Shown: positions 12,911 to 20,282, counted from the stretch's first letter. The stretch: 32,000 bases of DNA from Intrasporangium sp. (GCF_039812505.1 NZ_JBDIAQ010000003.1:44387-76386); one strand, 5' to 3'. The notes: generated from the sequence alone by a model not told the origin. Numbers and translations: made by a program.

Positions 12911-13969
12911 CTAGTCGGTGCCGGGCACCAGCTCGGCCAGGGCGCGCAGGATGGTGCGCTGCCCCTCCCCGGTCGGTGCGTGCGGTGCCACGGCCAGCGT
13001 GGTGACCCCGGCCGTGGCGTAGCGGCCGATGCGGCGGGCGATCCGGTCGGCGGGGCCGATCAGGGCCGTCTCGTCGATGAACTCCAGCGGGACCGCGGCC
13101 GCGGCCTCGCGGGGTCGGCCGGCCAGGAAGAGGTCCTGGACGCGGGCGGCCTGCTCCTCGTAGCCCATCCGGCAGGCGAGCTGGTTGTAGAAGTTCTTCT
13201 CCCGCGAGCCCATGCCGCCGAGGTAGAGCGCGCAGTAGGGCCGCACCGCGTCCGCGGCGCGTTCGACGTCGTCGTGCAGCACGACCGGGACCGTCGCGAC
13301 GACGTCGAAACCGGCCATCGGAGCGGCGGCGTCGGCCCGGCCGGAGGCCCGGCGCCCCTTCTCGATCGCGTCCAGCAGGTCGCCGGAGTGCTCGGGGCTG
13401 TAGAAGATCGCCAGCCACCCGTCGGCGATCTCGCCGGTCAGCTCGAGGTTCTTCGGGCCGACCGCGGCGAGGTAGACGGGCAGGTCGGGGCGGTGCCCGC
13501 GGATGGTCAGGCGCAGCGCCTTGCCGGGACCGTCCGGCAGCGGCAGGGTCCAGAACCGGCCGGCGTGCTCGAGCGTCCGGCGGGCGAGCGCCATCCGGAC
13601 GATCTCGACGTACTCTCTCGTCCGGGCCAGCGGGGCGGCGAACCGCACCCCGTGCCAGCCCTCGCTCACCTGCGGGCCGGAGACGCCCAGGCCGAGCTGG
13701 AACCGCCCGCCGGAGAGCATGTCGAGGGTGGCTGCCGTCATCGCCGTCATGGCGGGAGTCCGCGCGGGGATCTGCAGCACCGCGCTGCCGAGCCTGACCC
13801 GCTGCGTGCAGGCGCCCACCCACGACAGCACCGTGACGGCGTCGGACCCGTAGGCCTCGGCCGCCCAGACGCTGTCGTAGCCGAGGGTGTCCGCCAGGAC
13901 GGCGTTCGCGACCAGGTCGGTCGGTGCGCCACCGGGTCCCCAGTACCCGAGGTTGAGGCCGAGTCTCAT
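12911..13969 (-). CDS. LLM-class (luciferase-like) F420-dependent oxidoreductase, 352 aa
   Basis: 'MRLGLNLGYWG', 'GYDSVWAAEAYGSDA' and 'GRFQLGLGVSGPQVSEGWHG' are typical of actinobacterial LLM F420-dependent enzymes. Confidence 0.85.
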   Translation of the reverse strand: MRLGLNLGYWGPGGAPTDLVANAVLADTLGYDSVWAAEAYGSDAVTVLSWVGACTQRVRLGSAVLQIPARTPAMTAMTAATLDMLSGGRFQLGLGVSGPQVSEGWHGVRFAAPLARTREYVEIVRMALARRTLEHAGRFWTLPLPDGPGKALRLTIRGHRPDLPVYLAAVGPKNLELTGEIADGWLAIFYSPEHSGDLLDAIEKGRRASGRADAAAPMAGFDVVATVPVVLHDDVERAADAVRPYCALYLGGMGSREKNFYNQLACRMGYEEQAARVQDLFLAGRPREAAAAVPLEFIDETALIGPADRIARRIGRYATAGVTTLAVAPHAPTGEGQRTILRALAELVPGTD

Positions 13970-14053
13970 GACGGTGAGGCTATCGGTCCACCGTCGCGGT
14001 CCCGGGTCAGCGGCCCGGTGGAGCCGATCCCCGCCGTCCGGGGCCGGCGCCGG

Positions 14054-14398
14054 TCACTCGTCGTCGTCCTCCTCGTCCTCGTCGTCGAAGTCGTACTCGT
14101 CATCGTCGTCATCGTCGTCATCGGAGTCGTCGTAGTCGTCCGAGTCGAGTCCGGCATAGACACCGTCGTCGTCGGAGTCGTCCTCCTCCATGTCGAGGTC
14201 CTCGCCGTAGACGGACAGCGGCGTGGCCACCTCGGTGGCGTCGAACAGCGCCTCGTCGTAGTCGTCGAACGCCTCCGCGAGGTCGTGCGCCGCGGCGATC
14301 ACCGTCGGATGGTCCGGGTCACGGCTCGAGGTGGCCGCCTCGTAGTGGCGCTCGAGGGCTGCGATGAGCTGCTCCAGGGCAGCGCGCGCGTCGCTCAT
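14054..14398 (-). CDS. Small conserved hypothetical protein with a helical N-domain and poly-Asp/Glu C-terminal tail, 114 aa
   Basis: ATG at 14398 ('MSDARAALEQLIAALERHYEAA...'). About 37 of the last 50 residues are D/E. High GC3. The upstream part of track ORF 14054..14623 has no coding character. Confidence 0.65.
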   Translation of the reverse strand: MSDARAALEQLIAALERHYEAATSSRDPDHPTVIAAAHDLAEAFDDYDEALFDATEVATPLSVYGEDLDMEEDDSDDDGVYAGLDSDDYDDSDDDDDDDDEYDFDDEDEEDDDE

Positions 14399-14422
14399 GG
14401 AAAGACCGTAGTGGACGCGGCG

Positions 14423-14470
14423 GGTCGTGCACACACCTTCGCCCACGCTCCTGGCGGTGTGTGCCCGACC
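14423..14470. promoter_or_regulatory. 15-bp inverted repeat (14/15 matches) in a divergent intergenic region
   Basis: GGTCGTGCACACACC (14423-14437) and GGTGTGTGCCCGACC (14456-14470), with an 18-bp spacer. It lies between the acidic-protein start (14398, -) and the DUF5703 start (14525, +). Confidence 0.5.
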
Positions 14471-14524
14471 GCGGTCCCGGGGCACGGGCACGGCAGGCCC
14501 GGCGGGGCCGGCAGCGGTGTCACA

Positions 14525-14725
14525 ATGGCCGTGATGAGCGAACTGAGCGAGTACGAGTACCGGGTCCTGACCTTCGACCGGCACACCTCGAAGGCGGACG
14601 CGCGTCAGGCGGTCCGCGAGCACGCCGAGTACGGCCGCTGGGAGCTGGCTCGCTCGGTGATCTACGTCGGCGGGATCCGCCGGATGTGGCTGCGCCGCCG
14701 GATCATGCGCGTCCGGCGCACGTGA
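14525..14725 (+). CDS. DUF5703-family small protein, 66 aa
   Basis: 'EYEYRVLTFDRHTSKADARQAVREHAEYGRWELARSVIYVGGIRRMWLRRRIMRVRR' matches my recollection of the actinobacterial DUF5703 pattern (HAEYGxWEL...RRRI). The start could instead be ATG 14534. Confidence 0.7.
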   Translation: MAVMSELSEYEYRVLTFDRHTSKADARQAVREHAEYGRWELARSVIYVGGIRRMWLRRRIMRVRRT

Positions 14726-14744
14726 CCGCGAGTCGGCGGCGTGC

Positions 14745-16079
14745 TCAGCAGCGTTGCAGGAAGTCGGTCAGCACGCGGGCCCCGAACTGCAGCCCGTCGA
14801 CGGGCACCCGCTCGTCGACGCCGTGGAACATCCCGACGAAGTCGAGCTCGCCCGGCAGCCGCAGCGGCGCGAAGCCGTAGCCGGTGATCCCCAGCCGGCC
14901 CAGGGCCTTGTTGTCGGTGCCGCCGGACAGGCAGTAGGGCAGTACCGCCGCGCCGGGGTCGGCGCGCATCAGGGCCTGCTTCATCGACTCGACGAGGTCG
15001 CCGTCCCACGGCGCCTGCAGCGCGACGTCCTCGTGCACCGTCTCGACCTCGACGAACTCCCCGGCGAGCTCTCGCAGCGTGTCGAACAGCTCGTCGCGGT
15101 GACCGGGCAGGTAGCGACAGTCGAGCGCGGCCGTCGCCGTCTGCGGGATGACGTTGTGCTTGTAGCCGGCCTCGAGCATCGTCGGGTTGACGGTGTTGCG
15201 CAGCGTGCCCTCGACGAAACCGCGCGCCGCGCCCAGGGCGGCCAGCAACGGGTCCGGCGCGTCGGCGGCATACGGTTTCCCGGTCAGCCGGCTCACCCCG
15301 TCGAGCAGGCCCCGGACGGAGGCGATGTACTGCCGCGGCCACTCGTGCGCGGCGATGCGCCCGAGGGCCTCGGCCAGGCGGACGACGGCGTTGGCGTCGT
15401 TGGGGACCGAGCCGTGCCCGGCGCGCCCGTGGGCGCGCAGTCGCAGCCAGGCCAGGCCCTTCTCGGCCGTCTGGAGCAGGTAGGCGCGCCGCGGCCCGGC
15501 GGGGGTGGGCAGGGTGACGCTGAACCCGCCGACCTCGCTGACCGCCTCGGTGACGCCGTGCAGGACCTCGGGGTGGTGTTCGACCAGCCAGTGGCTGCCG
15601 TAGCTGCCCCCGGCCTCCTCGTCGGCGAAGAAGACGACCGTCAGGTCGCGGGCCGGCTTGGTCCCGGTGCGGGCCAGGGTGCGGACGGCGGCGAGCATCA
15701 TGGCGTCCATGTCCTTCATGTCGACCGCTCCGCGACCCCAGACGCAACCGTCGCGCTGCTCGGCCGCGAAGGGGTCGACCTGCCAGTCCGCCGCGTCGAC
15801 CGGCACGACGTCGAGGTGTCCGTGCACGGCCAGCCCGGGCCGGGCCGGGTCGGCGCCCTCGATCCGCAGCGCGACGTTGGCACGACCGGGGCCGCTCTCG
15901 AAGAGCTGCGCCGTCAGGCCGACCTCGGCGAGCTCGCCCAGCACGTACTCGGCCGCAGCCCGCTCCCCCGGCCCGCTGCCGTCGCCGTAGTTCGAGGTGT
16001 CGATCCGGATCAGGTCGGAGCAGATCCGCACGACCTCGTCCTCGGGAGCGGACCCGGGCTGGGCTTCGCCGGTCGTCAT
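14745..16079 (-). CDS. M20/M25/M40-family metallopeptidase, about 444 aa
   Basis: 'HGHLDVVP', 'GRGAVDMKD' and 'FFADEEAGG' metal and catalytic motifs. ATG 16079 preferred. The 29-codon extension to 16166 runs through a 20-bp tandem repeat whose period is not a multiple of 3. Confidence 0.85.
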   Translation of the reverse strand: MTTGEAQPGSAPEDEVVRICSDLIRIDTSNYGDGSGPGERAAAEYVLGELAEVGLTAQLFESGPGRANVALRIEGADPARPGLAVHGHLDVVPVDAADWQVDPFAAEQRDGCVWGRGAVDMKDMDAMMLAAVRTLARTGTKPARDLTVVFFADEEAGGSYGSHWLVEHHPEVLHGVTEAVSEVGGFSVTLPTPAGPRRAYLLQTAEKGLAWLRLRAHGRAGHGSVPNDANAVVRLAEALGRIAAHEWPRQYIASVRGLLDGVSRLTGKPYAADAPDPLLAALGAARGFVEGTLRNTVNPTMLEAGYKHNVIPQTATAALDCRYLPGHRDELFDTLRELAGEFVEVETVHEDVALQAPWDGDLVESMKQALMRADPGAAVLPYCLSGGTDNKALGRLGITGYGFAPLRLPGELDFVGMFHGVDERVPVDGLQFGARVLTDFLQRC

Positions 16080-16121
16080 CTGCCCAGCGTAGGCGGACCC
16101 GGGCCGGCCCGCCCGGCCCCC

Positions 16122-16163
16122 GGTCGACCGGTTCGTGCTCGGGTCGATCGGTTCGTGCTCGGG
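16122..16163. repeat. 20-bp tandem duplication (2 copies + 2 nt, 1 mismatch)
   Basis: GGTCGACCGGTTCGTGCTCG (16122-16141) and GGTCGATCGGTTCGTGCTCG (16142-16161), followed by GG. It sits between the M20 peptidase start and tRNA-Leu. Confidence 0.85.
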
Positions 16164-16228
16164 CACGGCGTCGTGCTAACGTTTCTGCTCGCCGCAGGGC
16201 GCTCCACGAGGGTCCTGCACATCACCTT

Positions 16229-16315
16229 GTCGGGGTGGCGGAATGGCAGACGCGCTAGCTTGAGGTGCTAGTGCCCTTAACGGGCGTGGGGGTTCAAGTC
16301 CCCCCCTCGACACCA
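16229..16315 (+). tRNA. tRNA-Leu, anticodon GAG, type II with long variable arm, CCA encoded
   Basis: Hand-folded. Acceptor GTCGGGG/CCTCGAC. Anticodon arm CTAGC-TTGAGGT-GCTAG (GAG at 16262-16264). Variable arm GCCC-TTAAC-GGGC. T-arm GGGGG-TTCAAGT-CCCCC. Discriminator A + CCA. Confidence 0.93.
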
Positions 16316-16351
16316 CGTGCTCCGAGTGGCGCGGCTGGGCTACTGACCGGT

Positions 16352-16425
16352 AGAACACAACAAGTCAGGGCGGGCGACCCGCGTCACGCTCGGCCGGCCG
16401 CCACCGGGCGGACTTGTCGTGTTCT
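16352..16425. repeat. Long AT-rich-armed inverted repeat (15-bp arms, 14/15 matches, 44-nt GC-rich interior)
   Basis: AGAACACAACAAGTC (16352-16366) and GACTTGTCGTGTTCT (16411-16425). The interior can pair further (GGCGG 16369-73 with CCGCC 16398-402). It lies 37 nt after the tRNA and about 90 nt before the MFS start. Confidence 0.7.
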
Positions 16426-16515
16426 TCGGAGCGCCACCAGGGGCGCCGCGAGCCCGGGCAGCACGACTCCGTGCTGCGGCCGGCCCCACAACCCGGTACG
16501 CCTACGCTGACGCGC

Positions 16516-17802
16516 GTGACCTTCCTGCGCGCGCTCGTGTCACTGATGCACGGGCGCGGCTTCCGAAGGCTCTTCGCCGCCCGGGTGGTCTCGCAGGGCA
16601 GCGACGGCATCTTCGAGGTGGCCCTGGCCAGCTACGTGCTGTTCAACCCCGAGCAGGCGGCCGACCCAGAGGCGATCGCGGCGGCCTTCGCGGTCGTGCT
16701 GCTGCCCTACAGCGCGCTGGGGCCGTTCGCGGGCGTGCTGCTGGACCGGTGGCCGCGGCGCCGGGTCCTCGTCGTGAGCCAGCTGCTGCGGGCCGGGTCG
16801 ATGGCGCTCGTCGCGCTCCTGGTCGCCGGCACGGACCTCGGTCCGGCCTTCTTCCTGGTCGTGCTGCTCGTCTTCTCGCTGAACCGCTTCGTCCTGGCGG
16901 GCTTCTCGGCGGCCCTGCCCCATGTCGTGGGCCGGGACGAGCTCGTCGGGGCGAACTCGGTCGCCCCCACCCTCGGCTCGCTCGCGTACGTCGTCGGCGG
17001 CGCGGTCGGGGCGGCCGTGCGCGCCCTCGGGTCGGATGCCGTCGTCGTGCTGGTCGCCGTGGGCGGCACGCTCACCGCGGCCTGGGTCGCCGCGCGGCTG
17101 CCCTTCGTCGGCCCCACCGGAGACCAGCCGGGACCGCGTCCCGGGCAGGTCGCGGCGGTGGTCGCACGCGGCTTCGTCGAGCTGGTCCACACCCTGCCGG
17201 TCCGCGGCTGGTTCGTGCTGGGCCTGGTGTTCCTCACGCGGGTGCCCTTCGGGCTGGTGCTGCTACAGGCGCTGCTGCTCTCGCGCGGGCCGTTCGCGGA
17301 GGCCGGCGGCACCGGCATCCTGCGCTTCGGGCTGGCGGCCGGGGCCTCGGCGGTCGGCTTCGCCCTGGGCGCGTTCGTGACCCCCTGGCTGGCCGGCCGG
17401 TGGTCGCCCGTCCCGTATGCCGCCGTCGCCCTCGCGCTCGCCGGTGCCGCGGCGCTCGGGCTGGGCTGGTGGCTGGCGCTCTGGAGCACCGCGCTGCTGG
17501 CCGCCCTGGTGTCCTTCGGTGCCCAGTCGGTCAAGATCTGCTGCGACTCCCTGATGCAGCGGCACGTCTCGGACGCGCTGCTGGGCCGGGCCTTCTCGGC
17601 CTACGACCTGGTCTACAACGGCGGCCTGGTCGTGGCCGTGGCCCTCGGTGCGGCGCTGCTGCCGCCCAGCGGCCTGCTCGCCTGGCCGGTGCTGGTGATC
17701 GGCGCGGTCTGCGCGGTCGCGGCCGTCCGGGTAGTGCCGACGTGGCTGGCCGCCACCCGGGCGGACGGCCGCCGCGGGGCCGACGGCCAGGCTGCGGTGT
17801 GA
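16516..17802 (+). CDS. MFS transporter, about 428 aa
   Basis: About 12 hydrophobic segments. N-terminus '...GRGFRRLFAARVVSQGSDG' and loop motif 'GVLLDRWPRRRVLV' (MFS motif A-like). Start uncertain: GTG 16516 or ATG 16546. The track start at 16414 lies inside the inverted repeat. Confidence 0.8.
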   Translation: MTFLRALVSLMHGRGFRRLFAARVVSQGSDGIFEVALASYVLFNPEQAADPEAIAAAFAVVLLPYSALGPFAGVLLDRWPRRRVLVVSQLLRAGSMALVALLVAGTDLGPAFFLVVLLVFSLNRFVLAGFSAALPHVVGRDELVGANSVAPTLGSLAYVVGGAVGAAVRALGSDAVVVLVAVGGTLTAAWVAARLPFVGPTGDQPGPRPGQVAAVVARGFVELVHTLPVRGWFVLGLVFLTRVPFGLVLLQALLLSRGPFAEAGGTGILRFGLAAGASAVGFALGAFVTPWLAGRWSPVPYAAVALALAGAAALGLGWWLALWSTALLAALVSFGAQSVKICCDSLMQRHVSDALLGRAFSAYDLVYNGGLVVAVALGAALLPPSGLLAWPVLVIGAVCAVAAVRVVPTWLAATRADGRRGADGQAAV

Positions 17803-17858
17803 GGGAGCCGCGGCCCGGCGCGGCGCGGGTCGGGCCCGGCGCACTACGCTTGCATGTC

Positions 17859-19082
17859 ATGGCATCACAGGCGCTGCCCGTCTCCGTCGACGACGTCCTG
17901 GCCGCCCGGCGGCTGCTCGAGGGTGTGGTCCGGCCGACCCCCCTGGAGCACAGCCGTGGCCTGAGCGAGCGTGTCGGCGCCGAGACCTACCTCAAGTGCG
18001 AGAACCTCCAGCGCGCCGGGTCGTTCAAGATCCGCGGCGCCTACAACCGCATGGCCCGGCTCAGCGACGCGGAGAAGGCCCGCGGCGTGGTCTGCGCCAG
18101 CGCGGGCAACCACGCCCAGGGCGTCGCGCTCGCCGCCCAGCTGCTGGGCCTGAAGGCGACCGTGTTCATGCCCGTCGGCGCCCCCCTGCCCAAGCTGCAG
18201 GCCACCCGGGGCTACGGCGCGCAGGTCGAGCTGTACGGCACGACCATCGACGACTGCCTCGTGAAGGCCAAGGAGTTCGAGCAGACCACCGGCGCCGTGC
18301 TGATCCACCCGTTCGACCACGCCCACATCGTCGCCGGGGCGGGCACCTGCGGCCTCGAGATCCTCGAGCAGTGCCCCGACGTGCGGACCGTCATCGTCGG
18401 GACCGGCGGCGGCGGGCTGATCTCCGGCATCGCGACCGTGGTCAAGGCCCACCGGCCCGAGGTCACGGTCCTCGGGGTGCAGGCCGAACGCGCGGCGGCC
18501 TACCCGCCGTCGCTGGCCGCCGGCCACCCGGTGCCGCTGGCCAGGATGTCGACGATGGCCGACGGCATCGCCGTCGGGTGCCCCGGCGAGGTGCCCTACG
18601 CGATCGTCAGCCACCTGGTCGACGGCATCCGCACGGTCACCGAGGAGCAGTTCTCGCGGGCCGTGCTCTACCTGCTCGAGCGGGCCAAGCTCGTCGCCGA
18701 GCCGGCTGGGGCCGCCAGTGTGGCCGCGCTGCTCGACGCCGGCAAGGGCGCCTTCGAGGGCCCCGTGGTGGCCGTGTTGTCCGGCGGCAACATCGACCCG
18801 CTGCTGCTGCTGCGCATCATCCGGCACGGCCTGACCGCGGCCGGTCGCTACCTGCAGTTCCGGGTCCGGGTGCCGGACCGGCCCGGCTCCCTGGCGGCCC
18901 TGCTCGACCACCTCGCCAAGGCCGAGGCCAACGTGCTGGAGATCGAGCACGTGCGCACCGTCGTCCCGCTCGGCATCGACGAGGTCGAGATCGGGGTGCG
19001 CGTGGAGACCAAGGGTGCCGAGCACGCCGCCGCGGTGATCGCGGACCTGCAGGCCCAGGGGTTCGACCCCCATCTCGACTGA
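17859..19082 (+). CDS. ilvA: Threonine ammonia-lyase (short form with a single ACT-like regulatory domain), 407 aa
   Basis: PLP-lysine motif 'GSFKIRGAYN', 'ASAGNHAQGVA' and glycine loop 'GTGGGGLISG'. C-terminal ACT-like region 'YLQFRVRVPDRPGSLAALL'. ATG at 17859; the track ORF's upstream 480 codons are off-frame over the MFS gene. Confidence 0.92.
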   Translation: MASQALPVSVDDVLAARRLLEGVVRPTPLEHSRGLSERVGAETYLKCENLQRAGSFKIRGAYNRMARLSDAEKARGVVCASAGNHAQGVALAAQLLGLKATVFMPVGAPLPKLQATRGYGAQVELYGTTIDDCLVKAKEFEQTTGAVLIHPFDHAHIVAGAGTCGLEILEQCPDVRTVIVGTGGGGLISGIATVVKAHRPEVTVLGVQAERAAAYPPSLAAGHPVPLARMSTMADGIAVGCPGEVPYAIVSHLVDGIRTVTEEQFSRAVLYLLERAKLVAEPAGAASVAALLDAGKGAFEGPVVAVLSGGNIDPLLLLRIIRHGLTAAGRYLQFRVRVPDRPGSLAALLDHLAKAEANVLEIEHVRTVVPLGIDEVEIGVRVETKGAEHAAAVIADLQAQGFDPHLD

Positions 19083-19104
19083 GGCGAGCCGCCAGGCCGA
19101 CGCG

Positions 19105-19872
19105 GTGCTCCCCCGGATCAGCGCCACCCGCTACGTGACCCCGCTGCGGGAGGGCGGCTCGCTGCCGGGCATCGTGGAGGCGAGCGACTGCGGCACCTAC
19201 GTGCTGAAGTTCCGGGGGGCCGGGCAGGGCCTGAAGGTGCTCGTCGCCGAGGTCGTCGTCGCCCGCCTCGCCCGGCTCGTGCAGGTCGCCGTCCCCGACC
19301 TCGCCGTCGTCGAGCTGGACGAGCGGATCGCCCGGTACGAGGCGGACGAGGAGGTGCAGGACCTGCTGACCGCCTCGGTCGGCACCAACCTCGGGGTCGA
19401 CTTCCTGCCCGGCGCGTTCGGCTACGACGGGTCCCGGCCACCCTCGGCCGACCTGGCCGAACGGATCGTCTGGCTCGACGCGCTGACCGCGAACGTCGAC
19501 CGGACCTGGTCCAACCCGAACCTGCTGGTGTGGCACGGCCGGACCTATGCGATCGACCACGGCGCCGCGCTCTACTTCCACCACTCGTGGCCGAGCCGGC
19601 CCCCGGACCCGGACCGGTTCGCCGCCCAGCCGTTCGACGCGAGCCGGCACGTGCTGCGCGACGTCGCCGGCGACGTGGCGGCCCGGCACGCCGACCTGTC
19701 CGCGCAGCTGACCCCGGCCGCGGTTCGCGCGGCCGTCGGGGCGGTCCCGGACGGCTGGCTCGAGCCGACGCCCTGGCTCACGGACCCCGCGGCGGTGCGA
19801 GCGGCATACGTGACGATGCTGCTGACCCGCCTGCAGGACCCGCACGCCTGGCTGCCGGGAGGCCCGCGGTGA
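19105..19872 (+). CDS. HipA-like / PI3-4-kinase-fold core kinase family protein (no HipA N-terminal subdomains), 255 aa
   Basis: 'RYVTPLREGGSLPGIVEA', 'YVLKFRGAGQG...LVAEVV' (Lys/Glu pair), catalytic-loop-like 'NVDRTWSNPNLL' and 'AIDHGAAL' (metal-binding DxG equivalent). GTG start 22 nt after the ilvA stop. Confidence 0.8.
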   Translation: MLPRISATRYVTPLREGGSLPGIVEASDCGTYVLKFRGAGQGLKVLVAEVVVARLARLVQVAVPDLAVVELDERIARYEADEEVQDLLTASVGTNLGVDFLPGAFGYDGSRPPSADLAERIVWLDALTANVDRTWSNPNLLVWHGRTYAIDHGAALYFHHSWPSRPPDPDRFAAQPFDASRHVLRDVAGDVAARHADLSAQLTPAAVRAAVGAVPDGWLEPTPWLTDPAAVRAAYVTMLLTRLQDPHAWLPGGPR

Positions 19873-20282
19873 AGGCCTACGAGTACGTCGTGCTGCGGTT
19901 CGTCCCGCGCGTGGACCGCGAGGAGTTCGTCAACGTCGGCATCGTGCTGCACAGCCAGGACGCCGGCTTCCTCGACGCCCGCTGGGAGGTCGACGAGCAG
20001 CGCCTGGGCGCCTTCGCGCCGGGCTGCGACCTGGCGGCGGTGCGGGCCGCGCTCGAGCGCATCCGGGCGGTGTGCCGAGGACAGATCGGCCGGGGCCTGC
20101 CGACCTTGGAACGGCCGGGACAGCGCTTCGGCTGGATCGCCGCGCCACGGTCGACGGTGGTCCAGCCCGGGCCCGTGCACGGCGGGGTGACCGAGGACCC
20201 GGCGCGCGAGATCGAGCGGCTGCTGGAGCGCTACGTCGGACCGGAGCGGCCGTCGGGCGGTCCCGGGCTTACCATCGGGTGA
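19869..20282 (+). CDS. DUF3037 domain protein, 137 aa
   Basis: 'YEYVVLRFVPRVDREEFVNVGIVLH' matches the DUF3037 N-terminal signature as I recall it. The GTG start overlaps the kinase stop (GTGA, 19869-19872), indicating translational coupling. Confidence 0.8.
   Translation: MKAYEYVVLRFVPRVDREEFVNVGIVLHSQDAGFLDARWEVDEQRLGAFAPGCDLAAVRAALERIRAVCRGQIGRGLPTLERPGQRFGWIAAPRSTVVQPGPVHGGVTEDPAREIERLLERYVGPERPSGGPGLTIG

Noticed and set aside
12866-14524. Upstream part of the 619-aa plus-strand ORF 12866..14725, including a striking poly-Val/Ile stretch
   Set aside because: It is antisense to the LLM oxidoreductase and to the acidic-tail gene. The poly-V/I run is simply the reverse complement of the GAC/GAT/GAG repeat. 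Only the last 66 codons (DUF5703) are credible.
16080-16166. Longer M20 peptidase start at 16166
   Set aside because: The extension crosses a 20-bp tandem repeat that is out of phase with codons. It adds a Gly/Arg/Pro-rich leader not typical of the family. ATG 16079 is preferred, with moderate confidence.
16419-17858. N-terminal 480 codons of the 887-aa ORF 16419..19082, plus ORFs 16707..17534(-) and 17263..17844(-)
   Set aside because: These are off-frame or antisense reads of the MFS transporter gene, rich in Arg, Pro and Gly. IlvA begins at ATG 17859.
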